From assembly GCF_001194135.2 (NCBI RefSeq), contig NC_068984.1, positions 8,529,341 through 8,584,027 on the forward strand: a DNA stretch of 54,687 nucleotides, read 5' to 3'. Below the pieces are notes generated by a model. It worked only from the letters and a program-made list of their open reading frames with translations, did no database searches and was not told the DNA's origin. Numbering within the stretch: the stretch's first letter is position 1; every line of letters starts with the position of its first letter. Source of the stretch: Octopus bimaculoides (taxonomy: Eukaryota). The translations under genes were made by a program, and so were the position numbers. This document shows positions 22,200 to 37,944 of the stretch, piece after piece.

Positions 22200-22700
22200 G
22201 TGAACAAGAACGACGCATATCGATATTTCGTAGTTTTGTTTTTATTCTTGGTGCCGCATAATCGCTCCAGTTACGAACGAAATCGAATCGCCAGCTGGAA
22301 GTCTATAAACAAATTATAAATTTTATTCGCTGGCGTGCATTAGCGCCGCAAGTTGAGCAAAGCTCAAATTTTGTCAGAAGCAGTTGAATGACGAAAACGT
22401 TACCAATATCACACCCATAAAATATATGTGTTATTACACAGTTGTAGTTGTAATGCTATCCTAAACACACATGAAGTGTGTAAAATAGATAATGAATACA
22501 TTGTTGCATGGCTCATAACTCAAATTTTGAATTTTTGTTTTACTTGCGCGGTGCTATTGCCCGTCAGGAAATAGACTTTACACGATTTGTAGTATATCCT
22601 TTGAGCTGGCGATGCGATTTTTCTTTTGGAAGAGGTGCGAGTATACTTCAACTACAAATAGTCAGAATCTCAAAATGTTGATATTTATCGTATTCGATCC
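22200..22700. repeat. Old fold-back/MITE-like element with eroded long terminal inverted repeats
   Basis: aaatcgaatcgccagct...tagcgccgcaagt...tcaaattttg (about 22290-22373) aligns with the reverse complement of about 22520-22625 (aaatcgcatcgccagct...tagcaccgcgcaagt...tcaaaatttg). Confidence 0.65.
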
Positions 22701-22837
22701 CTTGCGGCCGGCTCCGTGTCGCCCAGCTTAGAGGAATATAGTGTTTTTCAACGCTATACGCCCTTAAAGGGATCTCTCTTAGACGTAATACCACAGCTAC
22801 AGGCGTTTAACCTGTTATATATGTATATATATATCAT

Positions 22838-22984
22838 AGGCGCAGGCGTAGCTGTGTGGTAAGTAACTTGCTTACCAACCACATGCTTCCAGATCAGTGT
22901 CTTGGGCAAGTGTCTTCTACTATGGCCTCGGTCCAACCAAGCGTTGTGAGTGGATCTGGTAGATGGAAACTGAAGGAAGCCCGT

Positions 22985-23027
<43 letters not shown>

Positions 23028-23232
23028 ATGTCTGTCTGTCTGTCCCCGCACCATCGCTTAATAAACCAACGCTGGTGTGTTTATGTCCCCGTAACTTAGA
23101 GCTTCGGCCAAGAGACCGATAGAATAAGTACTGGGCTTACAAGGAATAAGTTCTGAGGTCGATTTGTTCGTCTAAAGGCGGTGCTCCAGCATGGCCACAG
23201 TCAAATCATTGAAACAAATAAAGGAATAAAAG
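22838..23232 (+). mobile_element. SINE family 2, full length
   Basis: ggcgcaggcgtagctgtgtggtaag head (A-box-like TAGCTGTGTGG), internal (AT)n(GT)n, 3' cagtcaaatcattgaaacaaataaagga. Confidence 0.92.
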
Positions 23233-23233
23233 A

Positions 23234-23346
<113 letters not shown>

Positions 23347-23368
23347 TGTGTGTACATTTATATAAATG

Positions 23369-23518
23369 CGACGGGCTTCTTTCCGTTTCCGTCTACCAAA
23401 TCTACTCGCAAGGCTTTGAACAGTCCGAGGCTATAATAGAAGACACTTGTCAAGGATGCCACGCAGTGGGACTGAACCCGGAACCATGTAGTTGAGAAAC
23501 AAGCTTCTTGCCACACAT
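23369..23518 (-). mobile_element. SINE family 2, 5' half, inverted relative to 22838-22985
   Basis: gacgggcttctttccgtttccgtctaccaaa...gcagtgggactgaacccggaaccat. Confidence 0.9.
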
Positions 23519-24799
23519 CCTTGCAGATGTTTAGATATTAATGTGTGTGCCTGTGTGTGCGTGCTTATGAGTGTGCGTGCATGTTTGTGTGCTCGTGTGT
23601 GTGTGTGCGCATGCGCTTGCGAGACCTTGTGCTCGCGCGTTTGTGTGGGCGTGTGCGTGTGCGTATAATTCAATGAAACGATCGGATACCATTTACAAGC
23701 CAGTGTATCTTCTAAATCTACAAAGTAGCCATGGTTGCTACACTTCTTGCTGTTAGTGAGCCATAAACAAATAAATAAAGGAAATACATGAATAAATATA
23801 AAACTAAAATAAAATATTAATGGATGTTTTATGGGAATTTTTCCAATCGCAAAATGGAATTTGAAATCTACTTTATTCACAGTATGAAAATTGTCTATTT
23901 TCTTGTGTTTAGCAAACGATTGCTTTGTTTCGTTCGTTATTACATTGTATGGCCATAAATATCTGTTACCCTTTAATGCAATAAGGAAGACGAAATTTGG
24001 CGAAATTGTAAAAATAAAATCCCTTTAGTTGGGATTAAAATCTTAGGTGGATATAATTTAGAAAGTTTCCTGCGTTTAAACCATCTACAGATTAATTTGT
24101 CTGATTTAGCAAACCTAAACCTCATGTCAAGAGTTATAAGAATGTTTTTTTAAGAAATAAAGCAGATGCTTACGACGTTTACTGTAAACGACGGCTTTAC
24201 ACTAAATTTCGAAATTCAAAGAATCTGGTTATAAATTTAGGGGACTTCTTTAGAAAAGATATCCACGACTATATAAAATAAATCATTCTGTAACTGCAGA
24301 TTCTATCAACGTTGTCGTTTAATTGATAGATTTTACAACAATAATAATTCTAATACTTGCGTGCAGACACAAATAATGCATACATATCGTGTCCACTCAA
24401 TTTTAAAACGGAGTTAGAAGACTTTCTCAAATTGCATATCGAAATCATATATCTACTCAGTCTGTTGATAAGCCCATCAATCTAAACATCTGTTGCTGGC
24501 TAAATATCTATCTCTATATATTTCTGTATGTCCGTCTTTCTATCGATCTATCCTTAATCACTCTGTACTTTTTCTTTCTTCTTCCTTCCTTTCTTCTCAC
24601 TGTACTTTTTTTTTCTTCTTCCTTCCTGTCTTCTCACTTTCTGTTATTCTTTTTTTTTTTTCAAAGCATTTTATATATAATACATATAATATATTATCTC
24701 GATGCTGATGCATTACTCCGTCTCTACTTTACGTTTTCTCTCTTGTGTCACACAGATGATTTAATTGGCTTGTTTTGTGAAGCAAAATCACAGCATGTT

Positions 24800-24960
24800 A
24801 TATAATCCATTGGTCAAATTGACTCAAATGTCGTTGAGGTTGCTGTCGGCTGTCGTATAGCTTGGAGAGCAGCTATTTGTATAGTCGAAGATATTCAGTT
24901 TGTTCGCAGTAGGATGGCGATCTCTGGAGATTGGGTTTGCATTGTTGATCATCTTTCATA
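24800..24960 (-). mobile_element. Possible degenerate LINE apurinic-type endonuclease N-terminus
   Basis: Across a frameshift: NANPISR / IAILL...IQIAALQA / TADSNLN, resembling the NANG...K..EL......IAALQET.L motif of exonuclease-endonuclease-phosphatase domains in non-LTR elements. Confidence 0.4.
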
Positions 24961-26062
24961 CAAGATAGAAGTAGACGTTATTTGCTTTGATATTACTGCA
25001 ATATTTTGTTTGGATATTACCGTAGCTCAGTAGGAGTGGTGCTGTGTTGACCAAGTTTGAAACTGAAAGAAATGAGTAAACATATATACATTCATATGTC
25101 TGCATTGAAATGATTCTTCTCGCGTTTTCATAGTTTAGAGGAGAGCGTCACTGACTTCATTATGGACTAAGTTATGTTTACTCCAATCTCTTTCAGTTTA
25201 TATACATATCAGAATAGAAAGCTGCAATTTATTGCATGTCTGGATCTGAAGGATCGATATTTCTTTCTGTATATATTAATATGTTCTGAAATAAGGGCTT
25301 GTGGCAGTTGCCATCACTGGGTATCCAGGGTTGGTGAAATAAACGAAAAGGTTTTAACGTTCTCTGTAGTAATTTTAAATCGGCGACTACAGGAAAAACA
25401 TGTCTGGCGTTGAAATTGGAGAAGAGTTATAAGCTAGATAGTGCTGAAAGATTTGTTAGAGCAATGTAAGTGCAAGGTGTGAGAGGGTGGGAATGGAGAA
25501 ACAATATAGATGACATACGGAGGAGAGACCATGAATAGTGAGATCATAAGTGGAATTAGAGATTCTACAGCTACGAGGAACAAGGATCACTGTAACATTG
25601 GCAGAAAATAAACAGAGAGGAAAAAGTATATATGTAGTTTAGCAAATGGGAGAGCATTTTGCGGGAGAGTTTGCATTTCAATCATACGCTTGCGTGTCTT
25701 TTAGTACAATACAGATGTTCTGAAATAGTTTGTTGATGCTTTAGCATCATAATATTGCTCGTTTGTGAGGTATTTACCATTAATGTGAACGAACTTGACA
25801 TTATTACAATTAAAATTCAAATATTTGTTTGATATATCTTCACTATAGTCACTTCTATTGAAAATAAAATTGATAAAGTGCAATATTTGAAAAACATCTG
25901 TAAACAACCTTTATATTGTTCTTTATAAAATTTTTGATAATTAAGACTGATAAAGAAATAATTTTTGTAAATGATTTATTATGGGAAATATTTAGATTTA
26001 CTAGAATAACCTCGCCGCAAGAATTGAACAGCAAATAAGAATTATTGCACTTCCTTTAAGAT

Positions 26063-26282
26063 CATTCTTTTCTACTCTTGGCACATGGCCCGAAATTTTC
26101 GAGTAGAAGAGGGTAGTCGATTAGATCGACCCCAGTACTCAGCTGGTACTTAATTTATGACCCCCGACATGATGAAAGGCAAAGTCGACCTCAGTGGAAT
26201 TTGAACTCAGAACGCAAAGACAGACGAAATACCGCTGAGAATTTTGCCCGGCATGCTATCGTTCCTGCCAGCTCGCCACCTA
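26063..26282 (-). mobile_element. SINE family 1, full length
   Basis: Reverse of ggtggcgagctggcagga.cgatagc...gagttcaaattcc...ggggtcgatctaatcgac. Confidence 0.92.
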
Positions 26283-26295
26283 ATACTATCCTAAT

Positions 26296-26915
26296 ATTCT
26301 TGTTTATTCTAGGCACAAGGCCAGAAAAGTTTGGGGGTAGGGGGCTATTCGATTAGATCGACCCCAGTACGCAGCTGGTACTTAATTTATCGACCCCGAA
26401 AGGATGAAAGGCAAAGTTGACCTCGGCGGAATTTGAACTCAGAACATAAAGACAGACGAAATACCTATTTCTTTACTGCCCACAAGGGGCTACACACAGA
26501 GGGGACAAACAAGGACAGACAAAGGGATTAAGTCGATTACATCGACCCCAGTGCGTAACTGGTACTTAATTTATCGACCCCGAAAGGATGAAAGGCAAAG
26601 TTGATCTCGGCGGAATTTTAACTCAGAACGTCCCGGCAGACGAAATACCGCTAAGCATTTCGCCCGGTGGGCTAACGTTTCTTATTTCTTTACTGCTCAC
26701 GAGGGGCTACACACAAAGGGGACAAACAAGGACTGACAAAGGGATTAAGTCGATTATATCGACTCCAGTGCATAACTGGTTCTTATTTAATCGACCCCGA
26801 AAGGATGAAAGGCAAATTCGACCTCGGCGGAATTTGAACTCAGAACGTAGCGGCAAACGAAATACCGCTAAGCATTTCACCCGGCGTGCTAAAGTTTCTG
26901 CCAGCTCACAGCCTT
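26296..26915 (-). mobile_element. SINE family 1 head-to-tail trimer
   Basis: Three bodies (atcgaccccgaaaggatgaaaggcaaa near 26387, 26573 and 26790) joined by a ...tgtgtgtagcccc..gtg.gcagtaaagaaata tail; the downstream units have shortened heads. Confidence 0.92.
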
Positions 26916-27089
26916 TTACTTGCCGCTGATTATTTATCCCCCATGTTTAACTTGACATCGAATCTCTGTTTGGTCGCTGAACTTAAGAAACGGTAAAGTA
27001 ATGACTGGTATTCTTCCGACAGACACCACTCTCTGAATTACTGATTTTGCTATGTTAAATGTAAATTTTCATTACAAAATTTTGTTACA

Positions 27090-27681
27090 AAGGCGGCGAG
27101 CAGCCAGAATCGTTAGCACGCTGGGTGAAATGCTTAGCGACATTTTGGCCGTCTTTACGTTCTGAGTTCAAATTCCGCCGAGGTCGAATTTGCCATTCAT
27201 CCTTTCAAATAAAAATTTGAAACCATTATTATTATCATTATTATTATTATTATTAAGGCGGCGAACTGGCAGAATCGTTAGCACGGCGAGCGAAATGCTT
27301 AGCGGTTCTGCCACTACGTTCTGAGTTCAAATTCCGTCGGGATCGACTTTGCCTTTCATCTTCTCGGGGTCGATAAATTAAGTACCAGTCATGTATCGGG
27401 GTTGATGTAATCGATTGTCCCCCTCCCCAGGACTTGTAGAAAGGATTATTATTATTATTATTATTATAATTATTATCAAGGCGGCGAACTCGCAGAATTC
27501 TATGTCAACGGGCAGAATTCTTAGCAGCATTTCGTCCTTCTTTACGTTCAAATCCCGCAGAGGTCGTCTTTGCTTTTCATCTTTTCGGGGTCGATGTATC
27601 AAGTACCAATGAAAGACTGGGGTCGATGTAATCGACTAGTCCCCTCCCCTAAAACTTCAGACCTTGTGCCTTTAGTAGAAA

Positions 27682-27683
<2 letters not shown>
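27090..27683 (+). mobile_element. Three SINE family 1 copies chained through (ATT)n tails
   Basis: Heads aaggcggcga at about 27090, 27255 and 27478; the second and third follow directly on the preceding copy's attattatt tail, and a final (ATT)n runs about 27683-27755. Confidence 0.92.
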
Positions 27684-27755
<72 letters not shown>

Positions 27756-28527
27756 GGTGGTGGTGTTGCGGGTGGGAGTGGTGTCATTGCTATTTTTGTT
27801 GTTATCGTCACTATCATCATCAATACAAATTAATTCTTCGGGAATTGTATGTCAACGTTTTTCTTTGCAGATTGCTGAGAACGAAGAAGGAAGAGAGCGG
27901 CATACTAATACAAAAATAACTTTTATTTTCAAACACAACAGAATCCAAATTTTCAATAATAGACGATTTCACAAATTTGCCAAAATTTTGTTTATTAAGT
28001 ATATAAGAAATCATAAGTGCTACTGATTCTTCGCATCCGGTTTCGCTGCTTATTTATTGTCACGCTGCTTCCTAAATTTAATCATTTCAATAACCCATTA
28101 CCAGAAATATACTATTACGTTCTCAGAAACGTCAGCATCTAGTGGCATTTACACACAAAACACGTTATTTCTGTTGATGTTTATGGCGGTGTTTAATCAC
28201 TCGCGCTAGAATTCGAAGCGAAAGATATTCTGTCTGTTCCCTTTATCAATTCTACTGAAATAGCCTCTTCTTCGAAACTAGCCCATCTCATGCGTCCTTC
28301 GTTCTAGCAGTCTCTTCTCACCGCTCATATTGCTTCCACTCCCTCTGTCCTTTCTTCTCAAAATATTGGCAATCTCAAATTCTCTCCTTAAATATGTCTT
28401 CACTTACGTTGTGGGCATGAAACACTTTCAGTCGAATGTTAATGAAATCAATCGCATCGATCATGGAGACCTGCAAAATCCATGGGTACATGACCTCGCT
28501 CCTTACCAATTAACTAGAAACGAGCAA

Positions 28528-28530
<3 letters not shown>

Positions 28531-28614
<84 letters not shown>
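28531..28614. repeat. (AT)42 microsatellite
   Basis: Direct reading. Confidence 0.98.
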
Positions 28615-28617
<3 letters not shown>

Positions 28618-29433
28618 TGTATATGTATATGTATTTATATATGTAGCTATATATGTTTGTCGACAAGTGTATATTATATTTGTGTATGTCTATACATCCC
28701 GACACAATTTGCCACAATTCATATTTATCGATGTCTTCCTACTTTTCGGTTATCCTCTGATGTATTAATCTATTTATATAATATTTCTTATGTAAAAGTC
28801 GATGCAAAGTTATACTTATTTATGCCTTTCCTTCATCGCAGAAAGGAATTGCCTGAAGGAATGCTTATTAACGTTTCCTGCTGATCAACTACACCTCACT
28901 ACCCTTCTGAAATATATAATATTTAATAAAGAAAATCTCCTGATTTAATTATACCTGAGTTGCAATAAAAATGGCGTCCTCTGTATTATACAAACTGCAA
29001 TATTAGCCTAAAGGCATGAAAAGCGTTTAATAGAATTTATGGAAGAAATGCATGGCACAATACGATGAATGTCTATCCAGCCTGAGTGGAGGTCGAAAAT
29101 GACGTTTAAGCGCTCGATAGCAATACTGATTACAACGGGGAGTTTCGTCCACTTCAAAATATTTAAGTTCTTCTGAGACCTCGAGCATAAATGTCGTAAA
29201 ATGTTCACGCAGAGTGCATCACCGTCGAAGCGCGCAATTGCTTTATTAATATGGATCCCAACTGCGCATATAAGACAAATCTTTAACGAGCGATAGCGAA
29301 GTTACTTGCGATGGCACAGTACAATAAACGCACAAACAAATATGTGCCTAGATACAAATGCATATATGTGCGTATGTATATGTATTTCTGGATATATCTG
29401 TTATCGAATGCATTTATTTACTAAATATATAGA

Positions 29434-29467
<34 letters not shown>

Positions 29468-29468
<1 letters not shown>

Positions 29469-29835
29469 TTAGCTAAAAGAATTTGCACCATTGTCTCTGA
29501 CCCTACCACTCGAGAAATACGCTTACAAGATCTCAAAAAAACACTGTTACAACGCCAATATCCCTCTACACTCATAGATCTTGGAATAAAACGTGCCAAG
29601 GAACTTGACCAAAACACACTAAAAACCAACCAACATAATAACACACCCAACCCCAAAATACTTCCATACATCTCCACCCATAACCCCAATAACATCGAAG
29701 CATTCACCACAATTAAACAAAACCTCCCCTTACTCACCACAGACCCGAAAATGAACAATATCATTAATACACACAAAGTCCTTAAATGCAAAAGGCAACA
29801 CAAATCTTTGAAAACATTATTAACCAATTCCAAAC
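29468..29835 (+). mobile_element. Penelope-like element fragment (RT C-terminus/linker), ORF open up to the gap
   Basis: LAKRICTIVSDPTTREIRLQDLKKTLLQRQYPSTLIDLGIKRAKEL...LPYISTHNPNN...KCKRQHKSLKTLLTNSK, homologous to 36710-37070; no stop before the N run at 29836. Confidence 0.9.
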
Positions 29836-31814
29836 NNNNNNNNNNNNNNNNNNNNNNNNNNNNNNNNNNNNNNNNNNNNNNNNNNNNNNNNNNNNNNNNN
29901 NNNNNNNNNNNNNNNNNNNNNNNNNNNNNNNNNNNNNNNNNNNNNNNNNNNNNNNNNNNNNNNNNNNNNNNNNNNNNNNNNNNNNNNNNNNNNNNNNNNN
30001 NNNNNNNNNNNNNNNNNNNNNNNNNNNNNNNNNNNNNNNNNNNNNNNNNNNNNNNNNNNNNNNNNNNNNNNNNNNNNNNNNNNNNNNNNNNNNNNNNNNN
30101 NNNNNNNNNNNNNNNNNNNNNNNNNNNNNNNNNNNNNNNNNNNNNNNNNNNNNNNNNNNNNNNNNNNNNNNNNNNNNNNNNNNNNNNNNNNNNNNNNNNN
30201 NNNNNNNNNNNNNNNNNNNNNNNNNNNNNNNNNNNNNNNNNNNNNNNNNNNNNNNNNNNNNNNNNNNNNNNNNNNNNNNNNNNNNNNNNNNNNNNNNNNN
30301 NNNNNNNNNNNNNNNNNNNNNNNNNNNNNNNNNNNNNNNNNNNNNNNNNNNNNNNNNNNNNNNNNNNNNNNNNNNNNNNNNNNNNNNNNNNNNNNNNNNN
30401 NNNNNNNNNNNNNNNNNNNNNNNNNNNNNNNNNNNNNNNNNNNNNNNNNNNNNNNNNNNNNNNNNNNNNNNNNNNNNNNNNNNNNNNNNNNNNNNNNNNN
30501 NNNNNNNNNNNNNNNNNNNNNNNNNNNNNNNNNNNNNNNNNNNNNNNNNNNNNNNNNNNNNNNNNNNNNNNNNNNNNNNNNNNNNNNNNNNNNNNNNNNN
30601 NNNNNNNNNNNNNNNNNNNNNNNNNNNNNNNNNNNNNNNNNNNNNNNNNNNNNNNNNNNNNNNNNNNNNNNNNNNNNNNNNNNNNNNNNNNNNNNNNNNN
30701 NNNNNNNNNNNNNNNNNNNNNNNNNATATATGTATGGATGTATGTATGTATGTATGTATGTATGTATATATATATGTATGTATATCTCATGAATGCTACA
30801 ATGGTACAATAGTGATCGGCAGCATAAATTGAAATGTTAGTGTTCTAAGAATACCCATCATTGGGAAAGGATCCTCCGTCAGTCTAGACGATAAGCCCCC
30901 AGTTTTATATCGACTGAAAAATCATCTTGTCATTTAATATCTAACTAACTGTGTATAAAACTGACGTGAGCATTTTTAATGCAATTATCTGACACAACCG
31001 ATGAGATATACATTAAGAGACGGCTGAAGCTTTGAAATACACATAGAATTTACAGATATGAAGAAATAAGATAGATAAAGAAAAAGAATTTGAGGAAACA
31101 ACGGTGAACGATAGCTAATATTTTTGTCCTTTCCTCCAGACATTCTGATGTTGCCGTTTGATTAAGGCTTATTAATCTTTGCCGATATAAAATACGCATA
31201 GATGGCCTTTCTAGAGTGGCTATAAATGGCGACCCAAATTCTTGTTTGAGGTTTCTATCGCAAGGGACACAATCATAGCGCTTTCGCTTCAGCATCAGTT
31301 TTGCTGGTAGAACTGGTGACATGAACTTTGACTTTCCACTTACAGTCCTATATTCCTTTATTTCGTCTGTTAGACTCACACACGCTTTGATTGATTCCAA
31401 TATTTCTAACTACTGATAATAGTATACGTAAGATAGATTACAAATAAACAAAACTGCACTATGTTTACATATACAATGTGCATTTCAGACGTTTTAGACT
31501 TTTTGTGGAGAGACATTTATTAATTTCAAATAAGTACTACACTCTAATCCCCTTCAAAGTGAAATCTTTGATATTAGTTCATTTGTTATATCGATCCAGC
31601 CACGTAGTAAAGTCCCCACGGAAGTACTCCAAAATGAAGGTTTCGACGGCGTTGTCACCGTTTTCTTCTTCAAAACGACTGCCCCTAAAGTTTCTCTTTA
31701 AGCTTGGGGAACGACCAAAAGTCAGAGGGAGCAAGGTTTTGACTGTAGGGAGGGTGAGAGACAGCTGTAATGACCATCTCTGTCAAATAGTCGGATACCA
31801 GGACGTTCATCACT

Positions 31815-32140
31815 GACTACCCTGGGAACAAACTTTGCATAAATTTCGCGTATGTTCAGATCTCTATGAATAATCCTTTGCACAGTTGCCACGCCAACTC
31901 CAACTTGTATTCTTATGGTCTTTATAGGCGCGAGATGATCTTCATGCAGTGAATTGCGAATTTTCTCAAACAGTTTTGATATTCTGATGCCACTCTCCGT
32001 CCTACGTCTACTATCGTTACTCAACTCCTCTAAACCGGGCTTCAAACTTTTGTAACAGCGAAAAGCTTAATCCGCAAGCAATCTGAAGCATTGCCCAGCT
32101 TAGCACGAAACTTTATTGCATAGCAAACCTCCGGTAGAGC
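31815..32140 (-). mobile_element. Mariner-type transposase N-terminal (HTH) remnant
   Basis: YAIKFRAKLG...KIRNSLHEDHLAPIKTIRIQVGVGVATVQRIIHRDLNIREIYAKFVPRVVSDE, matching the mariner AIKFC.KLG and ..L.M.K..A..VP..L motifs; frameshifted, no DDD region. Confidence 0.8.
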
Positions 32141-33018
32141 CCGACTGCATTCTGCAAACTACTCCGCTGTAACAAGGGGTTTGGTAGAGTGTATTCAAAG
32201 TTGTTACAGCCGTCTCCTTCGAGTAAAACAACAAAGGTTCGCAGGTCAGCTTATTAAATGTGTAGTAATGACGCACTAAAATTACAATAATCTAGTAGTA
32301 ATAACTGCCTCCCCTAAAATGAGCCTCAAAATGTCTGGCTTCCACATGTTATAAGTGGGCGTGAAAATATGTTTCTCTGGGTTTGACACGCCATATCTGA
32401 CAACAGGTATTCGTTTGTCTGCATCCCCATAGTTTAGCTGTGCTGCATCAAGAAAATGATAGGAAAACAACCAGATTTAAAACTAAGTACTGGTGTACTC
32501 CAGTGTGGGCGCATCAGCATCACTGAAATCGTTAAGAGGCTATACGTATCATATGCGTTAATGCAAATATGTTTTTTTTTCCGTTTCCTTATGGCTTATT
32601 TCAATTCTGTGTGTATGTAGATATAGCAATAGATATGGATTGCATAATTAGGCATATGATAAACACACGCAAATATATATATATATATATATACACGCTA
32701 CGTACATGTATACACACACACACATACACGCACACATGGAGATACACACACGCACCAAACACACACCCAGCCACCTGTGTGCACACATGTAGACATTTAT
32801 ATACAGAAAGGTAGAAGTAAGGAAATTTAGTTACACAATATAGAGAAAAATTATGCATACATGATGCAATCCGCGCGCTCACAATATATATATATATATA
32901 TATATATACGTAAATATATTTGATTATACATCTCAACCATTCGTGTAGTTATCTACATATTCGTCCATTTCCAGCTTTTTCCCTGTATATTTCAGGACAC
33001 ATGTATCGACAACCTTAC

Positions 33019-33049
<31 letters not shown>

Positions 33050-34455
33050 CATACATATAGATATACATATGCATCTGCATATAGGCTCATTGGAAATTCC
33101 ATTCAGCATGGTGACCAAGACATTCGATGCGACGTAGCAGACCGGTTTCTATGGAAACTGAAGATTAGTTCAAGAACCTAAAGAATCTGCAGCCTTTCTG
33201 TCTTTATGAGTTCAAATATGTGTTCGGGTGAGAATGGCGATATGAGATTATATTCCAGCTACTGGAACGTCAGAAGAATCCAGTGCTGCGAATCAATAAA
33301 AGACATTATTCCACAGAGTCCACCAGTTGCCTGTTTCAAGCTATCCATTTCTAGTAGTGTTGATAAGTGAGACTTGACACAGGATTGCACTGCGGAGGTT
33401 TAAAAATACGCTCATTTATATTCATATAATTATACGTATGTGTATATATGTGTGTGCGTGTGTGTGTGTGTGTCTGTGTGTGTGTTTGTGTGTTTTCTTC
33501 CAATACGATCATGCATATTCATAGATCTATACATATGCGTATACATGTATGTATGTTCATGAGAGAGTGTGAGATAGAGAGAGAATCCGTGTGCTTGTGT
33601 GTATGTGTGTGTGTTTGCTTCCATGCTGTCATGAACGGCCCGAATTTTCAACGCTGTAGTATTTGTGTGTAGGCGTGTGTGTTTGTGTAATGTGTGTGTG
33701 TGTGTGGAAACGTGTGATTTGGAATGTGGGTGAGAATGCGTGCGCTTAGTTATATGAAGTAAATGAATCCTCCGTCTCTTTCTACGATGACTACTCTAGT
33801 TGTGTTATCGCTGTCATTGTATTATTACTCATTGAATTGTACGTTATACATACATGCACATATTTAAAAAGCTTCAACCACGATTGGGCTAACAGAGTGA
33901 GTAGCAATGTTGGCCGTTCGAGTTACGCCTACAGTCCATCCGACTTGTATCCACCCGGTTTCTATTCCATCTTTCCCGTTTCCAGTAGTCTTCAGTTGGA
34001 TTAAAGTTAAAAGTAATATCATTACGTAATCAGGCATATTGCACATATATNNNNNNNNNNNNNNNNNNNNNNNNNNNNNNNNNNNNNNNNNNNNNNNNNN
34101 NNNNNNNNNNNNNNNNNNNNNNNNNNNNNNNNNNNNNNNNNNNNNNNNNNNNNNNNNNNNNNNNNNNNNNNNNNNNNNNNNNNNNNNNNNNNNNNNNNNN
34201 NNNNNNNNNNNNNNNNNNNNNNNNNNNNNNNNNNNNNNNNNNNNNNNNNNNNNNNNNNNNNNNNNNNNNNNNNNNNNNNNNNNNNNNNNNNNNNNNNNNN
34301 NNAATATATATATATGCATATATACATATATATATATATATATGCATATATATACATACATATACATATGTATATATATAAATGTATATGCATACATATA
34401 CATCTATATACATGCATATATATATATATACACAAACATATATATACATACACAA

Positions 34456-34495
<40 letters not shown>

Positions 34496-34749
34496 GTATA
34501 TAAATATATATGCATATATATATATACATATAAGAAATTAAAGAAATAAAATGCATACACTTTCATATTTTTAATATATTTTTTATATATTTTATATTGT
34601 TTGTCCTCCGGTTTCACTTTTACTAATCATGACATTGAAAATATCTTAATTACGTATTTTCTTCAGAAAAATGTTTCTGTCCAAGTCGTGTGTGGAGTTT
34701 ATGAATGTATGATTCAACAAGTAGAAAAATCTAAGGGGAGGTAATTATG

Positions 34750-37347
<2,598 letters not shown>

Positions 37348-37882
37348 TGTATATATGCGTATATAGACATAGACATACTCATAAATCTGCATGTGTATGT
37401 AACCACCTTTGACGCCGCAGATCTAGTCCCGGATCAGGAATTCAGAGTTTATGTTCAAATTCATTTGAGCAGTACTACGTGTTTTATACGGAACATATCT
37501 AGCTCTCACCTCCTGCTTGTTTATAGGTGCGAGTGTGTGTGTTTGTGTGTGTGTGTTCACAAACACGATCACACGCACACATACTCGCACATACACTCAC
37601 AAACACAAACACACACGTGACATGGAACCTAACCTTTTCCGAAAGTTGTGGCTGACGTTTGAAAAGTTGTTATGAGGAAGCGCCACCTCTCTAGATATAC
37701 CACATCAGATCTTATGCAGAGAATTTATAATGAAATGTGTTTACGTATTTGATTTGCAAGATCCTTGATATAAAATTGTTAGTTGAAACAGATTTTGTTA
37801 TATTTGGGAAGGGTTATTTTGCCAAGAAACCTACACGCTATTTATTTGACGTTCACTTAATTATTATTATTATTATTATTAA

Positions 37883-37943
<61 letters not shown>

Positions 37944-37944
<1 letters not shown>

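Noticed and set aside
26300-27683. Regularly spaced conserved repeats suggesting a CRISPR-like array
   Set aside because: The units are whole SINE bodies with Pol III boxes; there are no unique spacers and no cas genes, and the context is eukaryotic.
27226-27755. Idea that SINE family 1 is mobilised by the Dong-like element because both have AT-rich trinucleotide tails
   Set aside because: On the sense strand the SINE tail is (ATT)n and the Dong-like tail is (AAT)n, which are opposite strands, and no shared 3' sequence was seen.
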